A DNA stretch of 64,000 nucleotides from NCBI GenBank assembly GCA_963758525.1, contig CAVWVQ010000001.1, forward strand, positions 32,001 to 96,000. The letters are read 5' to 3'. The notes under the pieces were generated by a model that made no database searches, was not told the DNA's origin, and worked only from the letters and a program-made list of their open reading frames with translations. The DNA comes from an uncultured Phycisphaerales bacterium. GTDB lineage: Bacteria; Planctomycetota; Phycisphaerae; Tepidisphaerales; Tepidisphaeraceae. Made by a program: the position numbers and the translations under genes. The number at the start of each line of letters is the position of its first letter. Within the stretch, counting starts at the first letter, position 1. Below are positions 1-11,119 of this stretch, in pieces.

Positions 1-14
1 CGCCGCAACTGGCG

Positions 15-2007
15 GTGCTGGCGACGCGTCCGCCAGTCGGCGCCGACTGGCTGCACGAAATCAAATTCGACGGATATCGAATTGTTGCGTTCATCAAATC
101 GGGAGAGGTCACGCTTCGCACCCGTAACGGGCTTGACTGGACCGCGAAATTCCCCGCCATCGCCAAGTCGCTCGGCAAGCTCAAAGTTGATTCCGCCATT
201 GTGGACGGCGAAGCCGTCGTTCTGGACAAGGAGGGGCGCAGCGATTTTCAGGCGCTGCAGGCGATGCTGAAGAACAAAGCTGACGTGCAGCCGGCGCTCT
301 ACGCCTTTGATCTTCCATTCTGCAACGGCTCGGATTTGCGCGAAACTCCGTTGATCGAGCGGAAGAAACTGCTCGAGCAGATTCTAACCAAGAGCAACCT
401 GGCGCCACGAGTGCTCTACAGCGACCATGTTCTGGGTGACGGGTCGGCGGTGATCGAAAAAGCCTGCCACATGTCGCTGGAGGGAATCGTCTCCAAGCGG
501 GTGGATTCGTCTTACGTCTCGCGCCGCGTTCCGAGCTGGCTCAAGAGCAAATGCGATCATCGCCAGGAATTCGTCATCGTCGGGTACACCGATCCGCAGG
601 GAGGCCGGCAGAATTTTGGTGCGCTGCTGATCGGGTATCACGGCGAGAAGGGGGAGCTCGTCTATGCCGGTCGCGTGGGGACCGGCTTTGACGACCGATT
701 GCTCCGCGACATGCATCGCCAGCTCACTTCGCTGGAGCAGAAGGAGCCGCCGCTGAAGATTCCCGCCGGCGCCCGCAAGGGCGGAATCCATTGGGTGAAG
801 CCAACGCTGGTGGGTGAAGTGCGGTTCACCGGCTGGACCCGCGACGGCGTGCTCCGCCATCCGGCGTTCATCGCATTGAGGACAGACAAGCCGGCCTCGC
901 AAATCGTCCGCGAAAACGCAGTCGAACCCCGCGCCGCCGCGCCCGCTCCGGCAAAGAGCCGCGCCGAAAAATCCGGCGCAAAGTCTGAGGCGTTAACAGC
1001 GCTCCGATCGGACGCCGAACAGCGCAGCCTCCGCACCGTCGCGGACTCCGCCGCGAAGAAAACTCGCGGTTCTCACGCCGCTTCCAAGCCGCCGCACGCC
1101 GCCGCGCAATCCTCCGATGGGCAATCCGTAGCCGGCGTCAAGCTCTCCCATCCCGATAAAATCTTCTATCCGGAAACGAAAACCACCAAGCGGCACGTCG
1201 CGGACTATTGCGAGCTCGCCGCTCCGTGGTTATTGCCGCATGTGATCAATCGCCCGCTGGCGTTGGTCCGCTGTCCCGAAGGGTACGCCGCCAAGTGCTT
1301 CTTCCAGCGGAACTGGTCATCCACGCTGCCCGCCGCCATCGATCAGGTAAACGTCGGGGAGGGAAAAAAGAAGGAAATGCACGTGGGTGTGCACGATCTG
1401 ACGGGCGTGGTCGCGCTGGTGCAAATTGGCGTGCTGGAGTTGCACACCTGGAATTGCCGATCCGGAAATATCGAGCACCCCGACCAGTTGATCTTCGATC
1501 TGGACCCTGGACCCGATTTGAAATGGGACCGCGTGATCGAGGCGGCGCGAATGCTGCGGGAGACGCTTTCCAAACTCGATCTTCCCGTCTTTCTGAAGAC
1601 CTCCGGCGGGAAAGGTTTGCATCTGACGATTCCCATTCAGCCGAACATCGGCTGGGACGAAGCAAAATCGTTTTGCGAGACGATCGCCAAAGACATGGTC
1701 CGCCAATCTGATTTATTCGTCGCGAATATGCGCAAGGATTTACGGGGGGGAAAGGTGTATGTCGATTATCATCGAAACGGCCGCGGCGCAACCGCGGTCG
1801 CGCCCTATTCAACGCGTGCCCGATCGGGCGCGCCTGTCTCCATGCCGATCTCATGGAAAGAGCTCGGGAAACTAACCTCGGCCGCACAATTCACGGTAGA
1901 GAACGCGCGCCGATATCTCGAAGAAGCGCAAAGCGGATCCCTGGGACGACTTTGAGCAATCGCGCGTCGATCTGCACAAAGCCGTCGGCCAGAAATCCGC
2001 CGCGTAG
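15..2007 (+). CDS. ligD: NHEJ DNA ligase D (ligase + primase-polymerase domains); 5' end probably outside window; frameshift near 1920
   Basis: HEIKFDGYR, EGIVSKR, WLKSK and LRHPAF ligase motifs; LSHPDK, FDLDPG, KTSGGKGLH and APYSTRAR POL motifs; the typical DPW tail (KKRKADPWDDFE...) continues in another frame to TAG at 2007; adjacent to ku. Confidence 0.93.
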
Positions 2008-2088
2008 CAGTTCCTGAATCGGGTCACCGGCGTCGTTGTCAAGCGACCCACTGGCGATCCCTGCTGCGAACTGCGAAGGAGCATCGTC

Positions 2089-2922
2089 ATGGCACGCCCC
2101 GTCTGGAAGGGCTCGATTAACTTCGGGCTGGTCAACATTCCCATTCAGCTCGAGACCGCCGTTCGTGAGAAAAATGTAAGCTTCCATATGCTCTCGAAAG
2201 ACGGCACGTGCCGTCTGCGGCGCAAGCTTGTCTGCCCCGACACGGGAAAGGAAGTCGATTTCAACGACACCGCCCGAGGCATCGAGGTTGGCAAGGATGA
2301 GTACGTTCTCATCGACGACAAAGAGATCGATCGCATCAAGCCGGAGAAGGGAAGATCCATTGCCATCGAGCAATTCGTCGACCTCAACGAGATCGATCCA
2401 ATCTATTTCGACCGCATTTATTTCGTCACCCCCGCTGAAGGCAGCACGCGGCCGTACCGGCTGCTGTTTGAGGCCATGAAGGAGAGCGGCAAGCTCGGCC
2501 TGGCCCGGTTCGTGATGCGCGGCCGGCAGTACCTCGCCGCTCTCCGCGTCATGGGCGAAGGCATCGTGCTCCACACGATGCACTACGCCGACGAAGTTCT
2601 TTCCCTGGACGACGCCTTGCCCGGCACGCTCGCCAAGGCCAAGCCCCCGGAGAAGGAAGTGAAAATCGCCCAGCAGCTCATCGAGGCCATGACCCATCCG
2701 CTCGATCTGACCGCTTTCAAGGATGATTACCGCGAGCAGGTGGAGCGCCTGATCGAGCAGAAGCGCAACGGCCGAAAGACCGTCACCGCCGCCGACGATC
2801 ACGAAGAGGAACCGCCGCCGCCGACGATCAACCTGATGGACGCCTTGAAGCGGTCGCTCAGCGCCAAACCTCCGCGCGGCGCTGTCGCCGCCGCCCGCCA
2901 TCCGCGTCGAAAGAGCGCGTGA
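2089..2922 (+). CDS. ku: Ku protein (NHEJ)
   Basis: MARPVWKGSINFGLVNIP N-terminus, IDPIYFDRIY, FKDDYRE, INLMDALKRS; AAGGAG RBS. Confidence 0.95.
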   Translation: MARPVWKGSINFGLVNIPIQLETAVREKNVSFHMLSKDGTCRLRRKLVCPDTGKEVDFNDTARGIEVGKDEYVLIDDKEIDRIKPEKGRSIAIEQFVDLNEIDPIYFDRIYFVTPAEGSTRPYRLLFEAMKESGKLGLARFVMRGRQYLAALRVMGEGIVLHTMHYADEVLSLDDALPGTLAKAKPPEKEVKIAQQLIEAMTHPLDLTAFKDDYREQVERLIEQKRNGRKTVTAADDHEEEPPPPTINLMDALKRSLSAKPPRGAVAAARHPRRKSA

Positions 2923-2924
2923 CA

Positions 2925-3048
2925 GTGCCACGGGTTTTCAGCCCGTGCGAACGGCATGGTGCGAAAGAAAGACTTTGAATGCAGGTGATGCATTATTGGA
3001 CTCAATCTACCTTTCACGCACCTTGCACGGGTTGGAAACCCGTGGTAC
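2925..3048. repeat. REP-like inverted pair
   Basis: gtgccacgggttttcagcccgtgc (2925-2948) and inverted gcacgggttggaaacccgtggtac (3025-3048) between convergent genes. Confidence 0.6.
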
Positions 3049-4033
3049 TCGCGAGGATCTGAGCCCACTCGTCGGCGGCACGCTCCAGGGTGTACCGGCT
3101 CGTCGCCAGTTCACGGGCGGCGGCGCCCATCGAGGCGCGCAACGGGGCGTCGCGCGCCAGCGTCACAATCGCTTCGGGCCAATCTGCAGCTCTTGCCGGC
3201 AGAAACCCCGTGATTCCCTCGGCCACCAGCTCCGCATTTGCCCCCACTGGCGAAGCAATCACCGGCAGCCCGCTGGCCAGATACTGCAGAATCTTGAACC
3301 CGCACTTTCCCATCGTCCAGTCGTCCCGCGGAGTCGGCGCGATCCCAATATCGCCTTGGCAAAGCGCCGCGGCCTCCCCCGCCTCGGTCCATTCGACGTG
3401 CTCAATCTGCAGGATATCGCTTTTCACGCTCGCGTTGGCGATGGTCACCAGCCGCAGCCCCGGCAACTGGCGCACGGCTTCCTCAAACGCTGGCAGAAAT
3501 TCCTGGACGTACTGAATCGTCGATCGGGAGCCGATCCAAACCAGTCGCGGCGTCTGTGTTGCCGCGTGGGTCTTTACGAGGTACCGGCGGCTGTCCAGCA
3601 TCGTCGGGATGATCGTCACCTCCCGCCCGCGCGCACGGAAGATCCCGGCCAGGTATTCGTTGCCCGCAACGACGTGATCGACGACGTTCGCGGTCGCCTC
3701 AAAATTTCGCCCCGTTCGCCAGCGCGACAGCCGGCCCACCTCGCGGTTGTGATGCATCAGGGCATCGTCAATATCGTAAAGAATTCGCCGGGCGTGACGC
3801 CGAAGGACCCTGGCTTCCGCCGGTGCAAGAAATTTGCGCTGGATCAGGACAGCATGAAAGTCACCGGCGCGGGCGAGTTTCGCCCGCAGCGTCGGCCCCG
3901 CCCGCCAGCCGCGCGGCCGCACGTATATTTCCAGCTCATATCCGCGTTCGGCAAGCAAGGGGGCCAGCGCGGCGATCCTGAGCCGAAACGACGCCTGGGC
4001 AAGATTTGTCGCGAGAACCAGAACACGCTGCAT
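3014..4033 (-). CDS. GT4 family glycosyltransferase
   Basis: YDIDDA, VAGNEYLA, WIGS, GKCGFKILQYLASGLPVIASPVG. Confidence 0.88.
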   Translation of the reverse strand: MQRVLVLATNLAQASFRLRIAALAPLLAERGYELEIYVRPRGWRAGPTLRAKLARAGDFHAVLIQRKFLAPAEARVLRRHARRILYDIDDALMHHNREVGRLSRWRTGRNFEATANVVDHVVAGNEYLAGIFRARGREVTIIPTMLDSRRYLVKTHAATQTPRLVWIGSRSTIQYVQEFLPAFEEAVRQLPGLRLVTIANASVKSDILQIEHVEWTEAGEAAALCQGDIGIAPTPRDDWTMGKCGFKILQYLASGLPVIASPVGANAELVAEGITGFLPARAADWPEAIVTLARDAPLRASMGAAARELATSRYTLERAADEWAQILASTTGFQPVQGA

Positions 4034-4042
4034 CCAGCGCGA

Positions 4043-4645
4043 TTATAGCCGGAACATCAACCCCAGATACGCTTCGGGCCCATTGAGGCTCGGATTGTGC
4101 GCCGGGCCTTCCAGGCGGGCGTTGGAGAGATGGAAGTAACGCACCCCGACGATCAGATCGACGTTGTCGGCAATCGGATGATCGACGCCGATTCCGCAGT
4201 GGAACGTTAAATTGAAGTATGTCCCATTCTGCGGCACCCGCCGGCCGGCTTCGAAGATGCCAAATCCGACGTCATTGAAGATCGAGGAATTGCCAAAGTG
4301 ATAGAAATCATGGCGCAAACCGAAGCTCCCCTGCACCGCCGCCGCGTCCGCGGCTTCGGTGCTGACGCCATATGCGGTGAACTCCGATCGCAGGCAGAAA
4401 TTCGTGTCGGTGTAGTAATCAAATGCGATCCGCGCACCGCCCATCGCGACGTGCCGGTTGGTGACATCCGCCATCCCCGTGCCGAGGACCTCCAGGCGCC
4501 AGCGGTGCGGATCGAGCATCGGATTCCTCGGCTGCGTCGCTGCCACGTCGAGCGTCAGCGGACTCGTATCCGCCGCCGCCTTCGCGGGTTCCGCGGCCAG
4601 GAGAATCGTGGTGACAACGCAAATCAGGGAAAGTTTCGCAAACAT
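4043..4645 (-). CDS. Acyloxyacyl hydrolase / PagL-like outer-membrane beta-barrel protein
   Basis: Signal peptide, VPQNGTYFNLTF, RYFHLSNA and NPSLNG motifs, C-terminal beta-strand. Confidence 0.7.
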   Translation of the reverse strand: MFAKLSLICVVTTILLAAEPAKAAADTSPLTLDVAATQPRNPMLDPHRWRLEVLGTGMADVTNRHVAMGGARIAFDYYTDTNFCLRSEFTAYGVSTEAADAAAVQGSFGLRHDFYHFGNSSIFNDVGFGIFEAGRRVPQNGTYFNLTFHCGIGVDHPIADNVDLIVGVRYFHLSNARLEGPAHNPSLNGPEAYLGLMFRL

Positions 4646-4758
4646 TGTCCGCTGAATTTGGCGAAAAGATGCCGGCCGTCAAATGCGCCGACCGAATTTA
4701 ACGCGAGCCGTGGTGCGACGTTCAGCAATTGCGATTTCACCGCGCGTGCGGAAGTCTG

Positions 4759-6236
4759 TCACTTCTTCTGATGCACGACCGGCTCAAACCCCGGCTCGAT
4801 GCAGCCAAGGATATCCCGCGATCGCAACGGCCTGTCGACGCGCCCCGTCATTGACAGGAGAAACGTCGCGCTGTCGAGCTGGTTTAAGCCGCCGTGGGTG
4901 GATTCCATGGTGATGTATTTTTCGTACTCCTCGAGGCCGGCGCAATACCCGTCCCGCGTGGTGAACATCACGCGAGGCGGATTGACCACCGTCGCGTGAA
5001 ACGCGTCCCACAAGCGACGGGGCGCGTCGGGAAACTTCGTGTCGAGCGTCGCCCGAAACCATTCGTCATCGGATGCGTAACCGTTGGCGTCCGTCTTGAG
5101 CGACTTTGTGATTTGTTCGTAGCCCAGCACATCGTGGTCGATGGGGACGTATCGCAATTGCTGATGATCGCATTCGACGGCGGCCGACCCCGTTGCGTCG
5201 CGGACGATGACGCGGTTCCCGTCCAGATACATCGCCAGCTCGATTTCCCGATGACCGACCAGTGCGCTGGCGACGCGCCGCGGCTGCAGCGTGTCGATCG
5301 CGGCATACGTCACCAGTCCGTTGATTTCGAGGAAGACGTCATTTGAGCCAGCAATGGTTTCAGCCGGATGGAAGCCCGCGTCAATCATGTATTGAGCGAT
5401 CGGCAGATTCTTCGAGCGCATCAGGTTGTGCCCGTGATCGGCCATCAGTGAAATCTTGATTGCCCCGTGGCGTTCGTAGAGCAACTGCAGACAAAGCCGA
5501 TCGGCCCCATCGAGCACTTCGTCAACCCCGGCCTTACCGTATTTGCAGACCAGGGATGCGGCGCTGATGAAGTAGACGACAGTCACGCGGTTCGGGCTGT
5601 CGTCTATGGCCATGCGGGCACGTTCCAACTCGGCGGCGTACCAGGGCGCGGGTCGAGAAATGACAAACCGCCTTCAGAATACGATGCGTGATAATCGCAT
5701 CGCTGTTCCCACGGCTCTTCATACCCCCATATTCGCGGCCAAAGCCCGCTTCGCGCCTGCCGGGTCTTGGGGTCATAACTCTGATCGATCATTCCCGTAA
5801 GCGGCGGGCAATGCAGCACGCTGGAGTAGCAGATTTCCGTCAGCGAAGGAAACGGCGGGATGATCTTTTGCGGCGGCGCGCAATAGCGAAACCCGCCGAC
5901 GTTGTAGCGGTCGACCACGCTTTGGTAAGGGATTGAATCCAAAAGCACGATCACGTGCGGGACATCGGCGTCGGCGTAGTCCGCCAGGCGGTAGGTGCGG
6001 CTGATTGTTCCGTCGTGCAGATCGTCATAGAGCAACGCGGAAACCTTGCCGTTCGCGTCGTACGCCAAACCGAAGTCTCGCGTGCGTTTCCCGGAAAGGT
6101 CATACCAGACCGCGTCGGCCGTCCGGCTCAGCGGGTGGGACGGAAATGTGAGCCGTCCGCTGGGAGCCGCGCAACCGCCCGCGCACCAAACCACCCAGAA
6201 GCAAGCCGCAGCCCGGATAGTGAGGGGAATGTTCAT
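4759..6236 (-). CDS. Secreted/lipoprotein of probable alkaline-phosphatase superfamily; frameshift near 5640 joins two ORFs
   Basis: Overlapping ORFs 5604-6236 and 4759-5628; LLDSIPY, PFPSLT, MADHGH and STHGGL metal-site-like motifs. Confidence 0.55.
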
Positions 6237-6359
6237 GCAGAGGCGGCGAGGCCGTGACTCTATCGACTCCCAATCCGCCGCTCAAGAAGGCGCGCATCCC
6301 CGTGGGCGCTCGCGCACGAATAACCTGATCGAATGTCGAAGCTAAAGCGACTGAATTAA

Positions 6360-6414
6360 GTAGCACACCCGTCTCGGCTGTGGCTCGAAATCACAGCCGA
6401 GACGGCTGTGGTAC
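6360..6414. repeat. GTAG-type REP doublet (family also at 42943-42998 and 59501-59575)
   Basis: gtagcacacccgtctcggctgtg ... cacagccgagacggctgtggtac; similar copies elsewhere in the window. Confidence 0.7.
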
Positions 6415-6471
6415 GGGGATGTGCTCCGCGCGCTTCGGAATGAATTGCGAAGGTTATTCCTGCGCGGCCTC

Positions 6472-6876
6472 TTAGCCTCGCGGTGGAGAGGACGACTCGT
6501 CCAGATACCGGGAGATGTGGGGAAGCAGCTCGGTCCAGCCGCCGCCCTTGACGACGAATTCGGCTGCGCCAAGCTTCTTTGCTTCGGCACGCACCACATC
6601 GTCGCGCACGGCGGTGTAGAGGATCACCGGTAGTCCCTTTGTGCGCGGATCGGCTCGGAGCGAGCGAAGCAGCTCCAGGCCAGTTCGATCCGGTAACATG
6701 ACGTCAAGCACGAGCAGTTGCGGCAGGTGACCGGAAAGCATTTTCACCGCTTCATTCGCGTTGAAAACACAGGTCGCCTTGTGCCCTTCAGCGCGAATGA
6801 GGCGCGCGACTGTTCGACACGTCAGGGAGTCATCATCGATCACCAGCACTTCCGCCAATTTTAATCTCGCCTCCAA
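6472..6876 (-). CDS. Single-domain response regulator (receiver)
   Basis: VLVIDDD, LLVLDVMLP, ILYTA, FVVK. Confidence 0.88.
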   Translation of the reverse strand: MEARLKLAEVLVIDDDSLTCRTVARLIRAEGHKATCVFNANEAVKMLSGHLPQLLVLDVMLPDRTGLELLRSLRADPRTKGLPVILYTAVRDDVVRAEAKKLGAAEFVVKGGGWTELLPHISRYLDESSSPPRG

Positions 6877-7188
6877 AAAACACGGGTGCAGGTCAAAGGC
6901 AATTTACCGGGAGGACCGTCGTTCGTGGAACGGCGAAAATCCCACACCTCGTCGATGCACCGCCAAGCCAAAACCCGGGCGGCCGGTCCTCGGAATCCTG
7001 GCTCAAGGCCCGTGCCGAGGTCGAGGTACGCCAGCGGCCCCTGGGGGGGCGTGAGCTTTTGAAGTCAATGTACAACGCCGGTGGCGCTTGGACGGCCAAT
7101 GCTCATTTGCCCGCGGCGCGGTGGAATATGCCCTTTTCGCCCACTAGCATTGAATATCGACAGGCATGTGTGTCTGCAGGAGGCCTCA

Positions 7189-8280
7189 ATGAATCGCTTG
7201 GTTCAACTGGCGGGGGCCGTGAGTCTTTTGGCTGCAGTGGTTTCGTTCGCGGCGGATCCCGCACCGCCGGCCCCAACCCCAGGGCCGGCGCCAGTGGCTG
7301 CGCCGGCGGCCCCGCAGTCCTACTCGTCTGTGCTCGTTCTGCCCTTTGCCCCGGTTGCGGGAGCAAGCGATTGGATCGGCAAAGGCGTGCAGGAAGATCT
7401 TGCCACCGAGCTTGTCAGGCAGAGCAAGCTTGACGTACTCACTCCGGCTGATGTGCAGGCCGTCTCCGATCCTGCGGCCGCCGCGAAGGTCGGACGCGAC
7501 AAGGGCGCGTCGTTGGTTGCCTTCGGCAGCTATCAAATCCTCGAAACAGAAGTGCGTATCAACGGCCAGCTTGTGGATGCCGCCACCGGAAAACCTCTGG
7601 CCGCCCTGAAGGCAACCGGGCAGCGCCGCGACCTGTTTCACATGGAGGACCTGCTGGCTGCACAAGCGGTGGCGTCGCTCCCGCCGAGTTCGATCAGGGT
7701 TGGTGGAGGCGCGTATGCAGCCTCGAGCGAGCCGGCTCCCGCGCCCGGCAGCACGTCGACTCAGTCCTACCAGCCGTACAATGCGCAAGGCTACTACGTC
7801 ACCCCAGGCCCGGACTATACGCCCGCCTACAACTACGCTGCCGCCGAGACGACCGCTCCCACGACGACCTATGACGGCGGATATACAACCTATCCGCAGC
7901 CGTATTACAACTACGGCTATCCGTGGTACGGCTACGATTATCCATTCTGGGGCGGCAGCGGCTTTTTCTTCATTGGCGGTGGTGGACGCCATCACGATCA
8001 CGATGGTCACTGGCACGATGGTCACTGGCAGAACGGAACCGAAGGGCACAACCTCGCCTTCAACGGCGGCCTCAACACCCGCTCGCCCGTCGTCACCGGC
8101 GGCACGCGGTCGATCAATTCCTTCGGCGGCACAGGCTTCCGCACGTCGACTCCAAGCTTCCAAGGCTCCATCGGCGCTCGGAGCGGCGCCGGCGCATTCC
8201 GTGGCGGAGGATTCAGCGGCTTCCACGGCAGCGGCGGCTTCAGTGGCGGATTCCACGGCGGCGGCGGCGGTCACCGATGA
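7189..8280 (+). CDS. Secreted protein with TolB-N/FlgO-like domain and Tyr/Gly-rich low-complexity tail
   Basis: Signal peptide after GGAGG RBS; VLVLPF...WIGKGVQEDL...GSYQI...VRINGQLVD; GGGFHG tail. Confidence 0.6.
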   Translation: MNRLVQLAGAVSLLAAVVSFAADPAPPAPTPGPAPVAAPAAPQSYSSVLVLPFAPVAGASDWIGKGVQEDLATELVRQSKLDVLTPADVQAVSDPAAAAKVGRDKGASLVAFGSYQILETEVRINGQLVDAATGKPLAALKATGQRRDLFHMEDLLAAQAVASLPPSSIRVGGGAYAASSEPAPAPGSTSTQSYQPYNAQGYYVTPGPDYTPAYNYAAAETTAPTTTYDGGYTTYPQPYYNYGYPWYGYDYPFWGGSGFFFIGGGGRHHDHDGHWHDGHWQNGTEGHNLAFNGGLNTRSPVVTGGTRSINSFGGTGFRTSTPSFQGSIGARSGAGAFRGGGFSGFHGSGGFSGGFHGGGGGHR

Positions 8281-8306
8281 CCCGTCGCTGGGCCCATTGC
8301 GGCGCT

Positions 8307-8416
8307 GCGGTTAGCCGCGACGCGCAGCGGAGCGCGTATTGGAACGATAAAAGCGCGGTTAGTACGCCCGGTCCATGTCGCAAATACGCGCTCCGCTGCG
8401 CGTCGCGGCTAACCGC
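8307..8416. repeat. 34-bp inverted repeat
   Basis: gcggttagccgcgacgcgcagcggagcgcgtatt (8307-8340) and its reverse complement (8383-8416). Confidence 0.8.
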
Positions 8417-8437
8417 GGAAGGAACATCGGACAGCCG

Positions 8438-9203
8438 CTATTTTCCAAAAATTCGTCGCAGTCCGGGCGGTGTCGTCGCAATCACCGTATGCACCACAAA
8501 AAGAAGAATGCCAGTCCCACAACCGCGCAGACGATCCCGCCGATCGCTTTCTTTTTGTCTGCGGAACTGCCCGCCTGCGACGCCTGGCGGTATCCAATGC
8601 TCCCCAGAATGATTGCGAGGAGCGCGGGCACGATGACGCAACCCATCGGCAGGCTGATGATCCCCAAAACGAGCGAAGCGGTGCAAAATCCGTTGCCGGT
8701 GCCCTGGGCCTGCGTGGTGGTTCCCTCCAGCGTGAATGGCATTCCGCAGTTTTTGCAATTATTTGCCGAGATCGGACTTTCCGCTCCGCAATGGGTGCAA
8801 CGGATGATTTGCGAGCCGTCGTCGCGCCGAAGGATCGTTGGCGCTGCGCGCCCGCGGCTGCGTACGCATGAACCGGGTGCGGGTCGGGCTTGATGATCTG
8901 CCCGCTCTTGGGATCGATCAATCGCCCGTCGCGATGCAGGATGGGGATGGTGATTTTGTTGTCGCAGGTCGGGCAGTGACCTTCCTGTCCGCTCATCGAC
9001 TCATGGGCTTCAAGTCGAGACGAGCAGTAGCCGCATTGGAACGGGAACCGCCGCCCCGATGTCTTGAGGGAAACCGGGGCAGTTGCCTGTCGCTGGGGAA
9101 CCGTGACCACCGTGAGGCAGGTGGGACAGCGCACCGACGAACCGCCCTGCGCATCGTCCGCGGAAAGCGAGCTTCGGCAAACGTGGCAAACGAAAGCGAT
9201 CAT
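8438..9203 (-). CDS. Zn-ribbon + DUF4190-like membrane protein (frameshifted)
   Basis: Several CxxC pairs (CHVC, CPTC, CGYC); the C-terminal ASLVLGIISL...LAIILGSIG...AIGGIVC segment lies in another frame. Confidence 0.6.
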
Positions 9204-9253
9204 GCCCGCATGAATCGTACTTACGGTATCGCGCAATTGGAAAGGGCGCGTGG

Positions 9254-9413
9254 AAGGCACGAAGGCACGAAGGCACGAAGGCACGAAGGCACAAAGGCAC
9301 AAAGGCACAAAGGCACGAAGGGAAGGAAGGGGATTTTAGAAGAGGTTCAGGGGAACATCACAAAAATCCCCTTCCTTCCCTCCGTGCCTTCGTGCCTCCG
9401 TGCCTTCGTGCCT
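9254..9413. repeat. Tandem 8-mer (AAGGCACR) array in a large inverted repeat
   Basis: About 8 copies at 9254-9317 followed by gggaaggaaggggatttt; inverted aaaatccccttccttccc and about 4 copies at 9363-9413. Confidence 0.8.
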
Positions 9414-9479
9414 TTCTGTCCTCATTCTCTCGCCCCCTCAAGTTGCCCGGCATCGCGTCCTCGGGAATAATCAAACCAC

Positions 9480-10952
9480 ATGTTAGAGACTCTCAGCGAC
9501 AAGTTGGGCGGCGTATTTCGGAATCTCTCGGGGCGCGGGCGCATCAGCGAGGAGAACATTCGCGAGGCCATGCGCGACGTCCGCACGGCGCTGCTCGAAG
9601 CCGACGTGAATTTTGGGGTCGTCAAGACCTTCACCGAAACGGTGGTTCAGAAAGCACTGGGCCAGGAAGTCATCAAGAGCCTGCAGCCGGGCCAGTTGAT
9701 GGTGAAGCTGGTGTACGACGAACTGGTCGCCCTGATGGGGCCGGTCGACACGCGCATCTACCTGGTGCAGCCGCCGCCGACGATCATCATGATGTGCGGA
9801 CTGCAGGGGTCAGGCAAAACCACCACCTGCGGTAAACTTGCGAAATACCTGGTTTCCAAGGGACATCATCCGCTGCTGGCGGCGGCGGACCTGCAGCGCC
9901 CGGCGGCGGTCGAGCAGTTGCGCGTGCTGGGCGAGCAGGTGGGGGTGCCGGTCTATACCGATCCCACGAAAGTTGCGCCGCACGGCGAGGTTGCGAAAGG
10001 TTCTGCCGTCGCGGTCTGCCGGGCCGCTGTCAGTCAGGCAAAGAACAACGGGCAGGACATCGTCATTCTCGATACTGCCGGGCGGCTGCACATTGACGAC
10101 GAACTGATGGGCGAGCTCCGCGATGTGCGCACGCAAGTCCGGCCGCATCAGATCTATCTCGTGCTCGACGCCATGAGCGGCCAGGACGCGGTCAACAGCG
10201 CCAAAGCTTTCAACGAGCAGCTCGAAGTCGACGGGCTGATCCTCACCAAGTTTGATTCCGACACTCGCGGCGGCGCACTCCTGTCTGCCAAGATCGTCAC
10301 GGGCAAGCCCGTCAAATTTCTCGGCGTCGGCGAGAAGCTCGACCGTCTCGAAGAATTCCGCCCCGAAGGAATGGCCCAGCGCATTCTCGGCATGGGCGAC
10401 ATCGTCGGCCTCGTCAGCGAGGCGATGGAGAAATTCGACCAGGACGAGGCCGCGCGTTTGCAGGCCAACATGGAGAAGGGCCAGTTCACGCTGGACGACT
10501 TCATGGCGCAGATGACGCAGGTGAAGAAGCTTGGGCCGATGGGGAAGGTGATGGGAATGATTCCGGGCATGAGCGACATGACCCGGAAGATGAACATGAA
10601 CGAAGGGGACATTGAGAAGCAGATGGTGCACATGCGTGCCATTTACGACTCGATGAACAAGAAAGAGCGGGCCAACACCGACCTGCTCGACGGCGCCCGC
10701 CGCCGGCGCGTCGCGCGGGGGGCCGGGGTGGAGCTGAACGAGGTCGGGCAGTTCATGAAGCAGTTCGAACAGAGCCGCGACATGATGAAAGCGGTGGGGG
10801 GCATGGGAATGATGGGCCGGATGAAGCTCATGAAGAGTCTGATGAGCGGAGATCTGGCGAGCCTCGGCATGCCCGGCGGCCCGACGCTCCGCACGAAAAA
10901 GTCGGGCTTCATGGAGAAGAAGGACCGGAATAAGAAGAAGAAACGGCGGTAA
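9480..10952 (+). CDS. ffh: Signal recognition particle protein
   Basis: ALLEADV, GLQGSGKTTT, DLQRPAA, DTAGRLH, TKFDSDTRGG, RILGMGD, Met-rich M domain. Confidence 0.97.
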   Translation: MLETLSDKLGGVFRNLSGRGRISEENIREAMRDVRTALLEADVNFGVVKTFTETVVQKALGQEVIKSLQPGQLMVKLVYDELVALMGPVDTRIYLVQPPPTIIMMCGLQGSGKTTTCGKLAKYLVSKGHHPLLAAADLQRPAAVEQLRVLGEQVGVPVYTDPTKVAPHGEVAKGSAVAVCRAAVSQAKNNGQDIVILDTAGRLHIDDELMGELRDVRTQVRPHQIYLVLDAMSGQDAVNSAKAFNEQLEVDGLILTKFDSDTRGGALLSAKIVTGKPVKFLGVGEKLDRLEEFRPEGMAQRILGMGDIVGLVSEAMEKFDQDEAARLQANMEKGQFTLDDFMAQMTQVKKLGPMGKVMGMIPGMSDMTRKMNMNEGDIEKQMVHMRAIYDSMNKKERANTDLLDGARRRRVARGAGVELNEVGQFMKQFEQSRDMMKAVGGMGMMGRMKLMKSLMSGDLASLGMPGGPTLRTKKSGFMEKKDRNKKKKRR

Positions 10953-11018
10953 CGACGGTCGAGGCGAATATCGGAGGCGCGAACCTTTTCTAAGGTTGCA
11001 CAAACTAGAACGCGCCCG

Positions 11019-11094
11019 CCACGCTGAGTCTGAGGTGCTCCGAAGGCTCAGATTTACGGCGCTCGATTCAAGGCTTCGGAGGAGTTCAGACTCA
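11019..11094. repeat. Palindromic repeat family (copies at 44140-44222 and half copy at 50800-50845)
   Basis: ccacgc(t/c)gagtctgaggt(g/a)ctccgaaggctc ... gagccttcgg..tacctcagactcggcgtgg. Confidence 0.75.
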
Positions 11095-11119
11095 ATCAAT
11101 CGCGAAAGGTTTTTTCTCA

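Noticed and set aside
7980..8280. Gly/His-rich repeats
   Set aside because: Ordinary low-complexity protein tail.
9254..9413. Possible CRISPR or coding repeat (CLRAFVPS)
   Set aside because: Spacerless 8-mer tandem in inverted arrangement; a REP-like element.
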